DNA of 63,144 nucleotides, the filler included, from Circinaria calcarea (Eukaryota): NCBI GenBank assembly GCA_051942165.1. It is 6 parts of 6 records of this genome, joined end to end, with 100 filler letters (N's around TTAATTAATTAA, not from the genome) between each part and the next. Parts side by side here need not be neighbours in the genome. Positions count along the whole stretch, not along the records: positions 21,117 to 31,562 come from JAVECS010000803.1; positions 31,663 to 42,092 come from JAVECS010000805.1; 4 more parts are not named here. The stretch is one strand, 5' to 3'. Of this stretch, positions 24,029-37,527 are shown piece after piece. Each line of letters opens with the position of its first letter. Positions within the stretch are counted from its first letter, which is position 1. Made by a program: the position numbers and the translations under genes. The notes under the pieces were generated by a model that saw nothing but the letters and a program-made list of their open reading frames with translations, had not been told where the DNA came from and searched no databases.

Positions 24029-25376
24029 ATGCCTCTGCGAATACGCAAATCACATCTCTCCACCCCCAACTGCGCCCCAACTACACCTTCGTCACGGCCG
24101 TGTCAATGCATCAAGAATTCATCTTCCAGACTCTTCTCTTCGACGCCTCAAAATGAAACCCGCCAAAGACGGTCCATGTTCCGATGGTTACGAGGTCCAG
24201 GGGCAGTTTTCAAAGACCCGCTTCCCGGCTCGACGAATTACCTAAACGCGTACGATGCCAACGGACGTCTGTTCCGTGCAGCCGGTAGTAATAGAAAAGA
24301 CGAAGGCAAAGATGCAGAGAACAGGCAGTCGACTCTACCCGGCGAGGAGGGCATGGAAGGGGAGGACAAGAAGAATTTTGCCAGTGGACAACCCATTCCC
24401 AGGGAGAGACCCGACGACCTAATGCCGTTCCCTTTGAACAGGCAATTCAGGAGTCAGCCGGTATTGAGTGAAGAGCTAAGGGAAGAAATCTGGCACAGGT
24501 CTGTTAAGGTGGGGGAGAGTGTGAAGGTCATAAGTGCGAATCTAGGGATAGAGATGGCAAGGGTAGGCGCGGCTGTGAGGCTGAAAACTGTAGAAAAGGA
24601 TTGGATACAGCAGGTAGGTTCAGACAAGTCCTTATTCGACATGAATGGCATGACAAGTATTGCATGATGAGAAACCATAAATCGATTAGTCTTGAAGACT
24701 TCCACCATGGTTACTAAATTACAAATTACAACTCTCTGATCCACACCGCTCGCTTCCTTAGATTTTCCAAGCTCAGTCTTGTTCACATGAGACTCTCCGT
24801 TCCCTGCTAATCAGGCATCTTTAGGGGAAACCGCTTGCCAGTCCCTATGCCCGCGCCATCCTCGCCATGCTCCCCACTACTCCATACCATGGGGGTCGCG
24901 CTGAATCAAAGGCCCACGAACCCATCAACGACTTGCCAGTACATCGCGATACCCTCCCCCAAATCTTTCACCCTGTCTCGGAGTCCCGACACTTCACCCG
25001 TGCCGACGCAGGCCAAGTTTTCCGTCCTGGCCTTCTCCCGGCTGACGCTCGGATCCCTCACCCCGAGCTGGTCGAATTGCAGAGGGAACGTCTCCGGGGC
25101 GTAGTCCGGGACGAGCGGGTGAATGCATTGCGGGAAAAGAATAGGCTCGAGTCGCTGCAGAAAGCGGAGAGGGAGAAGGCTAAAAGGGAAAAGGAGGAAC
25201 GAGCAACAACAAAGGTGGTACCCGAGAGTGGCAGGTGGGAATTTAGATTCAAAGATATCAGTGTGGAGGATGTTGGGCACACTGGGAGAGATAGGAGGGG
25301 CGTTGGGGCGAGGTATGGGTTTCCGCATGAAGATAGAAAGAGGGGGCAGATTAAAATTCCGAGGAGGGTGGAGTAG
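24029..25376 (+). CDS. MRPS35: Mitochondrial small-subunit ribosomal protein mS45 (Bot1p/MRPS35)
   Basis: Presequence, PLPGSTNYL, PFPLNRQFRSQPVLSEELRE, FHPVSESRHFTRADA, VGARYGFPHEDRKRGQIKIP. Intron 24614-24824. Confidence 0.9.
24660..24743 (+). ncRNA. Intronic box C/D snoRNA with two LSU rRNA antisense elements
   Basis: Box C ATGATGA 24664-24670; guide TCGATTAGTC plus D' TTGA 24682-24695; guide TACAAATTACAACTC 24720-24734; box D CTGA 24736-24739. Lies in an unusually long 211-nt intron. Confidence 0.82.
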
Positions 25377-27799
25377 AGCCACACCTCGACTAGTTGTGTA
25401 CGAGATGTATATAGGACTGTACAAGAGCTATGGGCCTAATTCTGCTATAAAGATGGCGGATTATCTCCTTGACCAAGGTGACGGTGAAAACCTCTTTTCC
25501 TGCAGATATGACCGATCTATGGTCTGGAGAGGCGTGAATGAGGTGGTGTGACAGGATGGGAGAAATCTCAGACCGGAAGGACGTGTATCATGATGCACTA
25601 CGGTCCAGTTTCAAGACTCTAGACCTTCGATAAACCAATCATCTCAACCTTGCTTCTCTCTTGTGGGTGCAGCTTCGTGAGAATGCGCAACCTTTTGTGT
25701 ACTTGCTTTTCTCGGCAAGAGACCTTGAACTTTACTTGTGGCCATCAGCTCTGCTAAACCTGATCTCTGATGCCCTCCAGAGTGAGCACATTTACGCCAC
25801 GGATCTCTGCTCCTCCTTCTCCTTCTGAAACGCCGGGATCTCAAGCAAACCTCTCCTTCTCTAGTTTCTGACTGCCTCTCTTCTTCCCATCTACATGAAC
25901 CTGGGCCATTGGACGGCCTCTAGCTTACCACCACAACCGCTAATTTACCGGGAATAGGAACCGGAACTGAGACCTAGTCCATAGTCTAAGAGTGTTGTAT
26001 CCCGGTGATGTACTTGGGAATTTCACCCGTGGGAGCTCGAAGAAGCATGCCAAGTATTCGAAAGGTTTCCAGCCAGGTCTAAATACTCTAGACGTGTACG
26101 GAGTAAAGGATTTGCCCGTTCCAAGCCCACAATTCCAATCGACTGGCCCGGAGGGTTTGAGCGAGATGGAAAGGCCGGAAAGATTTCGTGCTGGGAGGAG
26201 AGGATGGTGGGAAAAAGAGAGGTGGTGCGAGAATTACTAGAAAGGGCACTGAAGTAGTTTAGTAGAGTTGATTCGAGTCGATAGGTCATCCACGCTAGAA
26301 TAACCAGTACGGAATAGGGACACGTCCTCAACGTAGAACAGCCTTCGAGATTTCTAATCCGGATCCAATCTGCTAGGCTAACCTAATGTAATGCACAATC
26401 TCAGTATACGCAACTCCCCATGTCACCCTACCCACGCCATTGCAAACAACGCCGTGTTCCCTCAGCTCACGATCCCTTTGGCGGAAATTCCAGATCTGGA
26501 AACCACCATGAATAAGCTGACCATATTTTTCGAATTCAATGTATTCGGATAAACGCAAACCAACCAGTCCTACTCATCACCAACATGCCGGAATAAACGG
26601 TGAAATTAAAAAAGAAGCTGGAGTAGAAAACCCATCCATGGTCGTTTTGGAATGGATGGACGCTAGTAGAGTTGGCATAAAGCAGCGCAATCGCAATCGC
26701 GGCAGAGCCATAGTTGCTATACGTTCGTGACAACCTGACCCCGAACTCGAAAGCTGCTAGTTCTCCCTTGAGACTATTGTTCATTTTCCATGCTGCCGAT
26801 GAACTCCGTACCCGGGGTAACCCCTTGCAAAAAACATCTCTTTGCGATTTTCTTCCACGTTGGATGTCCCTACATTCCTTTGCGGTTTCTTTGGTCATAT
26901 ATCATTGGGGAAAAGGACTCTTTATTGGGCTCCGATACTATTCTGAAAGGACGACTTCCTTCTCCCAAATCACCCTATTTCGAACCTTGGTATCCAAGTC
27001 GTTTAAGCCGCCGAAACGACGATAATCTTTATTTAGACTGAATATAAGCCGACGGATAAATCGTAAATTAAAGGGGAACCGCGGCAAGGCCCTTCCTTTT
27101 CACTCGTCGAAGTATTTTGCCGTAATCCACCAAAGCCTCTGTAAGATATAGCTGAAACGGTCTGAGTCTCGGACTGGCGATAACGATGGTATCTTTCGAC
27201 TACGATTGGCTATACCATAGCCCCTAACTCCAAGCCAAAGAACCAGGCTCGTTAACGCTGCCAGTTTCCGTCGATCTCCTGGATAGCCCAGTTGAATCGT
27301 TAAATAAATCGACCGGGGAATAATCTCTTCAACGGGATACCATAATGCCTTGCAAATGCAATAACCACACCCGGATTAATATTATATTATCAGTATATAA
27401 CTGGGAAAAAAAGGATGAAAACATTAATTATAAATTTAATAAATCTATTTATTATATATAGAGAATTAAGGCAGTGTGAAGGAAATAGGGTGCTCCGTCG
27501 TGCCCCTAAGGTATAGGCAAAGACGCTGTCGAGAATGGATAGGGAGGCCCTAAATGGCGAGAAGTAAAGGGTATATGGCATGAACTGACTGCTATAGTAT
27601 AATGCGCATATAGAAATCGTGTTACTGCTGAATTTAAGTCTGTTATTCATGGACTGTCTGTTCTGCTGAAGTGTGTGTATGCTTGAATATCAAAATCCTC
27701 CCCGAACCCTTTTATGTATGCGCCAAAAGCAAAATCTAAGTTACCTGTCAGTCTAACCATATTCTGTCTCCACCACAGACCTCCCCTCCTGAAGTTGTG

Positions 27800-28830
27800 T
27801 CCTTTATAACTTCTTTTTCCTCCTCCTCAATAGTGATCGGCTGGTGATGGTTCCTCTGAGAATGCCCTGGTAATAGTGCTGGAAACTAACCCTTTTTTTA
27901 ATCAATTCCACTGGATCCGGATCATCTGCTCTCGATGCAGGCTGCCGTTTCTCTTTTAAATAGAATAAGTTCTTCTCCTGAAACATATACCGCTCAGTCG
28001 TCTCTATTAATTCTATATATTTTCGAATTTCCACCCTGGCACGGCGTTCTTAGTCCTCGATATTTCTGTCTTGCCACGCTGTCCCCACCCAGTGTATAAT
28101 ATATGTTATTGATTACTACTGGATTCGTCCAACGCACCCGTCCTATTAGTGTATCTGAGATTGCACCTAGTCCTGTGATAGGCACTGCCGTGGGGAAGGC
28201 GTACGGTGGTGCGCCAAATCTGTTAACCAGGCCAGACGGTGACTTCGGTCCCGGTAACAGGTCACGATGTGCGTTCGATAATTCTAACCCTAACCCTAAG
28301 TATAAAGGAAGGAAAGGGACATGTACAAGGGAAGGAAAGGGATATACATAAGACTTATGGAGGGTGATGGAGCCAAAAAGGCTCAGCATAGTAGAGATCT
28401 GTGCCAAAGAATAAAGATTAGTACCGACAGATGATTCTCGGAGCGCGATGTGTTGGCAAGCGCATCTGGGGATATCGCCTTTGCCATAATAACAGTATTG
28501 CTCTGAGCCATCTGGGCGTACCGGTGTATAACAAGATTGACGGCCTTAAGGTCGTTCACCCCGGCAGTAGACCTAACAGCCCTTAGGAATAATGAATTGA
28601 TGTGTTTTGCTTTCAGCCACAATCGGAGTAGTATTGGCGTAATGATCGATGCCATTTCACATTCTTGCATGCTCCAGCTTCCTAAGTGCCTCTTGGGAGA
28701 CTGTAATCGGCCCCACGATGGTGGGAAAAGGAAACGCCGGAGTTGGGCACAATGCTCGATCTCAGCCGCTGGCGTGAAGATTACTACCCGCACACAATGA
28801 TGTCTTCGGCACCCCTCCGTTATCAGAGTC
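27800..28830 (-). mobile_element. Degenerate DNA-transposon-like coding relic (tentative)
   Basis: Broken frames containing FPPSWGRLQSPKRHLGSWSMQE...SIITPILLRLWL, which I recall as resembling fungal transposase-associated ORFs. AT-rich, stop-riddled flanks; no termini found. Confidence 0.4.
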
Positions 28831-31060
28831 TTTACTATATTTGGCTGAGCGGGATATAGTCATTGACTGTTAGAATGCTACTAATTGTATAATAAAGGAG
28901 CAGCACATGCGCATTTCTCTCGAGATCATTGTACCTCTGGACGGTAACTTTTGCGTTTATCAAACGAGCTGGGGTTGTAGTAGCTGTAGAGTCCTCGACC
29001 GGAAGGCCAGTACCATCACTCGAAATACGGGGATTGGTTTCATGAGACTCCACAGGTGGCTCATTATGCTTCGGATGAACTGCCGTCTCCTTCTCGTGCA
29101 ATCGACCAGGTTTGCCAGGCTGTTTGTTATGGTTGTCACCCCTTGGCACCAGAGGCTCGCATACCAAAGGAGCTTGGTTGTACTCGTACCTAGACTTGGA
29201 CGTGGTAGTTAAGATAAGAGCTAAGAGTTGACGATTCGAGATGAATGTAATGGCTTTGGTTGATGGAAGTGAGCTTAACAAGCTTTGCCTTGATCTCAAT
29301 GCTCATTCATCCCTTGAGCCAACACCCGATAATTGACCTTGTGAACCCCACTCCTTGGCCTCCAGGAATCATATAAACCCAGAAAAACGCACAGAAAGAA
29401 CTGTAGCGTGGAGGTAAAGTTCAGCTGGACGAAACGTACGTAAAACATCTTGCAGCAAACGAAACTGAGTTTTCTAGATAACAATGATGGCAATGTTCTC
29501 TGATTGAGTACTAAGCCACGTGTGCGCTATTTACCACAAGATCCAGGTTCCACAATCGCCAAGTGTTTGTGCAATTGTAAAATGAAAGGTGCCATCTCTC
29601 TGATCTGGTACTCTTCCGATTGCATAGGTGTAGAATGTAAATGCCGTGTTGATCAGGAAAGGTGGGCGATGTACGGTAAAGTATCTTGAACGCCTTTTTT
29701 TAAATTGTCTCGTGTAGGACAATCGAAATTTCATAATAGAAGACAACAAATAAGATGCCTGGCATAACTGGAAGCTAATTATACATAAGATGTAGCTATC
29801 ACATAGACCTAGGGCTTACTGTCAACCGGGTTATGGTCAATGTCAATTTCAGAGTCACAATGTACCCTGATGGACACTTAAACTATATATCCAAACAACA
29901 ACAGAGTCTTAGCGGAGTAGGAATAGAGGCAGTATACCTGAGAAAGTAATTATATATAATATAGCTAAGGGCGTCTGATAGGAATGACGTTCGAGATCTT
30001 ATGCAAGAAATGTAAGTACAAATCCAAAAGTTGCTATATATAATTGTAATAAACGAGAGAACCTATTGTCGTTATTGCTTTATAGGTATTGGAGGACAAA
30101 CATCAGTGAATCAAGTCTTCACTCAAGGCCGAATTGAATAGCGATTTTACTTTAGCGATGAATGAAGCATATGCAAAGATAGTGGAGATGCTAGTGGGTC
30201 TCATTTTAATTTTTGACCTTCCTCGAAGGACACAACCGTTGTTTGCGATTTTATTGAAATCGTGAGTTACAGCTCTCCTCCGTTTCACAAAGCGATGACA
30301 AGCAGAATGATGCCACGGTAGAAGATACTGAGCGGATAAAACCAGCTGAAAGAGGCGGTAAGACCTCCGGATTGGTGGAGAACCTTCTTATCAAAAGCAT
30401 GAGGCACACAGTAGATATATGGAAGATGTTAGACTGATTGATGGTGGAGATGTGTCCGAGTTTCATCGGCTAGGCCACTAGTTACTAAAGTGGAGCTAGC
30501 TCCGCTAGTTTGAAGCACAATTTTGCCATCATAACTGCATACATAGCAGATTGCATTAATACGAACTCGACATCTCAAGATGGGGGTCAGATAGAGCGCC
30601 GCTACATGATACGATGCGCGTGCACTGGTCATTAATTAACGTTCCTGTCACACGGATAACTTTATCTCGAGTAATGAATATCAAGGAAGAGAGAGATGCG
30701 AGTAGATGGACGAGTAGGTATTTGCTTAGCTGTCAAACTTCTCTCTACACAATCGTTGTGTTGATATCGAACAGACAGAAATTCCTCTTCCTGATAGATA
30801 GAGGGGACATAAGCAGGTAGATATGATGTCAAGCAAATCATTTGTCAAAGATGCCTCCAACGCTAAGCGCAGCAACCCTTTTACTAAACAAATCGCTCAT
30901 AACCACCTAGAGTATACCTTGCGTAGCAGAATCCAAAGAGACCAGAGCCAAGGTCACCATTTTATACAGAAAGTCTCAAATGGCACGGTCAGGTAGCAAT
31001 CGACACGAAGTAAAGCATGTGTAAATAGGATAGCCGGCCTTTTCATATAATATGGCAAAA

Positions 31061-31562
31061 CTAAGCATACCATCCCGTTGCGCTAACCTGAGCCCCTTGG
31101 TCTGATTGACGGTGAGGGATGATGCAGTTGTCAATTTCGTATGCCTGTACAATATCTTCCCAGGTGGGAAAATCAAGATGGAAGACGGCTTGATGCTTCG
31201 AGACGCCTTTTTCTCTAATCTCGTTATTATCTCGAGGTTGCCTGATATCTGCAGTGAAATGTCGTTAGTATTGTACGGTAGCCACATGGAGAACACAAGA
31301 CTAACGCAAGGTTGGGAGGCCACGACTGTCTTGACCAAAACCCACGTAGCCATCCCTTATAAGGAAGCTGACATAGAAAAGGTTTTCTACCGTTTGGCCA
31401 AAGGATCTTGGGTTGATAACAACATGGAAGAATGGAAGGCCAGTGTCGTCCGCAACATGGTTTTTGGTCATGACCGCCTGAACTTCTGCATCCGACATAT
31501 CGTCCGTAGCTTCTTGTCCTACCTTCTCCATTCCCTCGTATTGCACCACTTTGAGTTGACCA
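31061..31562 (-). CDS. NSE4: Smc5/6 complex kleisin Nse4, 3' fragment
   Basis: [24 protein letters not shown]...GLPTL|...[22 protein letters not shown]...IIPHR; stop at 31061-31063. Confidence 0.9.
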
Positions 31563-31662
31563 NNNNNNNNNNNNNNNNNNNNNNNNNNNNNNNNNNNNNN
31601 NNNNNNTTAATTAATTAANNNNNNNNNNNNNNNNNNNNNNNNNNNNNNNNNNNNNNNNNNNN
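31563..31662. other. Artificial contig spacer
   Basis: N44-TTAATTAATTAA-N44. Confidence 0.98.
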
Positions 31663-32264
31663 ATAAGAGAAATCTTGGGAAAAATCAGGGGTTTCTAGGG
31701 AGGGGCCTAGTTATGGGGGGTTTGATATAGTAGGTAGGGTAAATAGGTAGGGTAGGGTAAATAGGGGTAGGCACTTAATTGGTACTAAAAATTTCACCCC
31801 TGCACTCAGCCGCATCGTTGTTGCTCCTAGGAATACGCAAAACGCGCACCTGCTAGGAAAATATAGATAAGACCTCTGGCGAAGTTCACCCCCAAAAAAA
31901 AAACCAATCCCCCCACAGGCGAACCCCCCGAGCAGGAAACTCCGATTTGATAGTGTAGCGAGAATTTATGATGAAAAATCTCCCCAACAACCTCCTTTTG
32001 TTTCTATGCTAATTTACAGAAATGCAAACCCCCATTACCGGCTGACTCGTGGGAAAAAAGGGAAAAAAGGGAAACACCTCGCCTTTTCAACCCTTTTTCC
32101 CTCCCCCCCCCCCAAAAGTAATGAAATAAAAACACCAACATCGACCCGTTACGTATAGAGCACAATCATACTCCTATGCTTCAAATCCCCGGGTACGTAA
32201 AATACAAAGGACTGCATATCCAACCGGGCTCCAAAACGCCTTGCATGCAACCAGCCACCGGCAT

Positions 32265-34852
32265 TCAAAGCCCGGAGTCAATCCCGGCCACCGTCTCCTT
32301 GCCCGTGTAGGCTGCCGGATCGCGGCAGGTCTGGGGCATCATGGAAGGGATTTGCCGTTGCTTGATCATATCAGGCCGTTCCTATGAACGGAAAATGGGG
32401 TTAGCTTTCTTTTCTCTTGTCAACCGGAAGGGAGAAGAAGGGGGCCTCCGCGCGGTTTTCTGAAACTACCGTACCATGGTGTTGATATATAGTCCGGCGA
32501 ACACGTGCCATGTGACATGGCAATGCTAGGGATCTCGTTAGACTTCGAGTTCCGTTTTAGGTAGAGCAAGGGTAACTCTTGGGAAGGCCGCCGAGTAGGA
32601 AGGTGGACAGATTCACATACAAGAAGCCATACACCAGTGTTGTCTGCATCATACTCAATTACCAGATGACTGGGGGTCTTGCTGGTGGGAACCTCAAAGG
32701 ACCCAGGCTAAAGGATTTGGATGTCCCTTCATTGGGGGTTTTGTGGATTGATGACCGTGCCATCCCGATCCCCCGGTCCTTCGGATAAAACCGAGAAATT
32801 ATGGTCGTGTGAATGCATCTGTAGTGGTCAGCATCGTATGCTGAACCGACCATCCGGAATTTGGGAGGACTGTAGCAAGGCTTCACGTACCGGGTGGGGG
32901 CTTGGAAAGTAACTGTGGATGACAAGTCGAATGGTAGCGTTGCGCCCGAAGTTATATATATTCCATTTAGGATTATCAGGGTTGTGGTATTCCCCATATT
33001 GGCGAGTAGCAATAAGGGATGCTGCCGAAGTCAACCGTTTTGCATTGAAAGCTGGATCACATCCACTTACTCGTAATTTGCTTGGAACGATACCTCATTC
33101 ATGAACCAAATAGTTTTTCCGGATGCATTGGTCTCCAGAGTGACGTCGATTGTTTGTACAGCAGCTACATTTCCTGACGGAGTGATGGGGAAAATGGGAT
33201 TGTAGAGGGGAGCGGATCCTGGTAAGGTCAACACTATTCAATCATGCCAATAATGCAAACAGCAAACTTACATTCCCGTAATGCCAGTAATCATAGGGGG
33301 TAGCCGTTGAATTAGGTTTCGCAGTGTCTTTTGCCTACGGATAGTATATCGTAGTTCAAGCATATGGTTGATTCGAGAATGAAAATGTTTTGCTAATGTC
33401 AGACCTCATCCAGACTGCAGAGTTTGGAGTGTCGTGTGTAGTAACAAGTACGTCAGTCCGTTGACCGACCGTCTCAAGTGTTACTGTTCACTCGTATCAT
33501 AAACCGTAGATGTGACCTACTTCCAGAGTTACAACGTTGGTTGTATAGGGCTTGACGGGAACATAATCGTTTGCTATAACCGTCATAGTATGGTAATCTA
33601 TGGTGAACTTTTGAATGCTTTCGGCGCTAGCACTAATAAGCCTCAAGCGATGTCTTGCCAGTCTGGAACTTGAACTTTTGGAAAGTCCGGCATCGGGCTT
33701 GCCTGTTGTTTCTAATTAGCGAGTTTGATTACTGGATTGCTAATAGTACCATATATGAAACGCCGGCTGGTGCCAGACTGCAGTCAAGTTATTGTCGGAA
33801 TTAAAAGGTATAGACTATGCGCATCAGCAAAAGGAACCAAAGTAGATATCTAACCTTACCGGGATACCCATCGTCCGTTTGCCTAATTCGAAGTATTCAG
33901 TATGATACCAATCGCTTAGTGGTACGGGTCCAAGGTCAACATCGTAATGCGCATTCAATGGGCCATAGATTATCATAGAACCGAACAAGCCGCCTGCATA
34001 TTGAGAGCTATGATGAGAATGATACCAGCTAGTACCATAAAAATTTGCCTTAAAGCTGTAAGTGAAGCCTTTACCAGGTGCGATTGGGCACTGCTGGACT
34101 GTCCCAACGTTAGTTCAGGTTCATACTTGGCTTTTGCCTGCTCACCTGAAGGTACGCGGTCGAACGACGGTGTTTCCTTTTGCAATATTCTATTGCGCAT
34201 ATCAGTGGGTTTTTGGGCGAGTGGCTCAAGTCACTTTACCCATGCTTGTAAACTTAAGTTATGGACTTTAACGTTCTATGGGCTTTCTCCTCACCAATGC
34301 AGCGCCGTTCCCTCCTCTGGACCCTCTACCTGGTTGTGTACGGTTACCTGAATAGTCTCACCCTATCCCAAGGTGTGGGTGAAAATCCGATCCCATCCAG
34401 ATACACATGGATCAGTGCCGGCCTACCCAGTTTACTTCAATCGGCGGGCCAGGAAACGCTCCATTAACGAGTAATACACTTCTGTTGACACGATCGGGAG
34501 CGATGAGCCTAGTTGAATGGTGAAATCGTATGCACGAATCTTCCCCGTGTAGGGCGATTGGCTATATGGATTGGTATTGCCAGCAGTATCAGTACTTCAC
34601 GGGTATCTGTTAGGTAAAGGCTATGCAATTAATCTATAAACACGTCCTGCTCAAGCACATGTTTAATGGCACTACATTGTCTGTCAAGAAGGGAGGGTAA
34701 GTTCGCGCATTGAGAGTACCCAACTGGGAGAATCCTGTTAGCCAACGATGCCTATTAGTCAACGAATCACGTGAAAGCAGCTCTGGTCCAACCTGTCTGG
34801 GTTGACTTTGCTGTAAACTGCCCCCTCTGAGAATCGTTTTAATAATTGACAT
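32265..34852 (-). pseudogene. Laccase / multicopper oxidase pseudogene
   Basis: VNGAFPGPPIEVNW, EGTALHW|HG, GTSWYHSHHSSQYAGGLFG, LSDWYH, VGQRTDV, degenerate L3 (QMHSHDHNF), HCHVTWHV, terminal IDSGL*. In-frame stops (e.g. TGA 34597-34599) and frameshifts. 5' limit approximate. Confidence 0.88.
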
Positions 34853-37527
34853 GACGTATCACTACGAGGATACAATACTCGAACGAAGCTCGCTGGGAGT
34901 GTCCGATTCGATTCAAGGAAGATAAGTAGAGAGGAGCTGAGGACACTACCGTGGTTACTAAAACGAAAACTGCTGTTCACATATTTTTGTGTCGCCGTTC
35001 GCCGTGAGAACATTTCCTTCCGGCATGTATCGACGATCCCGCCTCCGTAGATCTAGTGAACTTTCTCCACTCCCGACATCACAAAAAGAGCTTGGAAATG
35101 GGGGCACTTTGTATAGCGGCATGCCGAACTGGCCGAAGAAGCTATCACGTGCTGTACCAATCCGGCTGCGGGTGTTACCAGACATGGACCATGTCCATAT
35201 CTTATCAATTACATAGACGGCGACGGTATTCCAAGTGCAGGAGTTCAACCTGTTTGGATAATTCTCTTGACCAAGACTCTCCCTCCCTCGGTGGCGTAAG
35301 GGTATCTTAAAAGTCTAGTTGGGTAAGTGATGCCCTAGCTTAGATATCGAGGGAGAACTCTTGATCTGGGAGCCTAAGCATCGCCATGCGAGCTGTCATC
35401 GTTCCCCTAGCCCATAACAGAAGCTAATAAAGGGAAATATCACAAGTTATCAACAGGAGTTTGCAAATACATCCTCTCGCTCCTTCAGGACGGAAAAGTC
35501 TGTTGAAGATCCGTCAACCGGGTTCGGTATCCCATAGACCCAAAGCTGGTCCTGCAGTATGGGTTCAACGACATTCCTTGGTCCGGATGGTTCCTGATCA
35601 AGGTAACGGGGACACCGCTAACCGCAACGCTACCTCCAAAGGAGCAGCCTGTGTGCATTTTTTTATAGGCGGTACGCCACAACTCCTAGATATCTAACGA
35701 TTTGGAGCCGAGAGGACATTTCTCTTTGACGACATGATCCGAAGACGTAAAGTGGTATCGTTTAACGAGTAAGGCCGAGGTGATACGGGTAATGGCATAA
35801 AGCTCTGAGTTGGATCGATCAGATAATGCAGTATGCATCATTCTGCCTGCTTGGAAGTCCATTCGGCTGCAGCCCAGACCCGACATCGAATAGCCTTTTG
35901 GCCGACATACGGTACCTAACCCTAGCTCCTTTTCGACATGTAAGGTACTATGGCGTTTGAGCATCTAATCGTAAATTCGAGTAGGAATAGGGCCAATGGC
36001 GGGAGCGGCGCCGATTCGCTGGCCACCACTCAGCCGCATCAAGCAGTCGGTAGTACCGACAGTAGGTCTTGTGCGACGAAGTTTGACCGACGAAGATATA
36101 TGCCTGTTAGGTGGTTTCGTACTCGTAGAGTCGCATCGGCTTTTGGAGGCCTGATTCCGCATCCGTCTCTGTTGTAACGATAACTCTTTCCAGTGGCCCC
36201 CAGCCAGCGACTCGAACGCCTACAAGGCAAGATACGTGGCACCACAGCACCTCGGCTACCATATCCCGATCACAACTGTGTGACGCGACTTTTTCCACTG
36301 TGGATTCTCGACGACGGGAAGGTTAGCGTCCAACCGGACTTGTGCATTGCATACTGGTACATTTATTTATTACATACCTTATGTAGCTTCTATTAGATTG
36401 TCAACCGAGATACAAGACAGATCTCGATACGTCTTGCAGGGACGAGGGATTTGGAACCATAAAAGGACCTACAGATCATATTCGCCTGTCGATTCGGATG
36501 TGGGCAGTGCATCATGGACCTGCTCGAAGGTTACTCAACTGGCTGGCAAGCTGCATGGCGGCTGGATACGAAGGGTTGGGACGGCGCACACTCGATCATT
36601 TGTCACTCCATCGCTTCACGGAGAGGTAGGAAGGAGTCCGACTGCGTGGAATCGAGCAATGCATGAGCGTAGAAGTCAGGCTACCCATCTATCCCACCCA
36701 ACCTTAGACTCGGGCTTGCTGTTGGTGTCCCGTCGAGCAAATAAGGGACAGGTCGCTCTGAAGGGTGGTGATCAAGTGATGGATACCTACACCATCAGGA
36801 CGTATGTGTTCGTCCGATGCGCTAGATGACACTCTCGAGAATTATTCTAGTGTGTCATAGTCCTTAGACACTAGCTGAAGTCCTCGGAGCAGATGGGGTA
36901 ATATTCAAGCAGACCCCCCTCCCGCCGGAACCGATTTATAGCTGGGACCATATGCAGAAGACAAGCTTCTTTGGACGTGACTCGTTGCAGCGGTCCCAGA
37001 GGCAGCCAAACGGCTACTCTCAACTCACGTCGACAGTGCAATTTGCAGTCAACTGCTTCGGTTTATGCTCCTCTAAGATTATTTAGCAAAGTCAGCAAAG
37101 ATTTCACTCGTGGCGTACTTATCCTCTCGACGGTAGAGGAGCTCATGACCACGATTGAACTCTCGATACATGCAGTCGGGACGACAAAGCCCCGAGGTAA
37201 AATCGTTCGCAACAACGTTGATTTCCTTAGGTAATACACGCTCAGCTTCTAGTCCTTCGTAACGGTTAGGTGCTTCATCCTCCAGAAGCATGTCACAACC
37301 TTAGGCTGTAAGACCATGTCTCTACGAGCCGCAGATAAAACGAGGATTCCTATATCACCACTCGGACCTGAAACGCTACATGCGAACCATAACGTCTCGG
37401 GGATCCAGACCACCCACCGGTTGTGTGCGAAATACCCATTCAATGCATCTCAATTCAATGCTGACGCGGGGATACATCGAGAATAGACTCGATTCCCAGA
37501 GGCGCTTTGGGCGGTCAATCATGATGA

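Noticed and set aside
28284..28300. CTAACCCTAACCCTAA telomere-like sequence
   Set aside because: Fewer than three units; can arise by chance.
33973..34200. 75-aa ORF with a hydrophobic tail suggesting a small membrane protein
   Set aside because: Off-frame and intron read-through of the laccase pseudogene.
35000..37400. Numerous 60-160 aa ORFs
   Set aside because: No motifs or consistent splice structure found; treated as intergenic.
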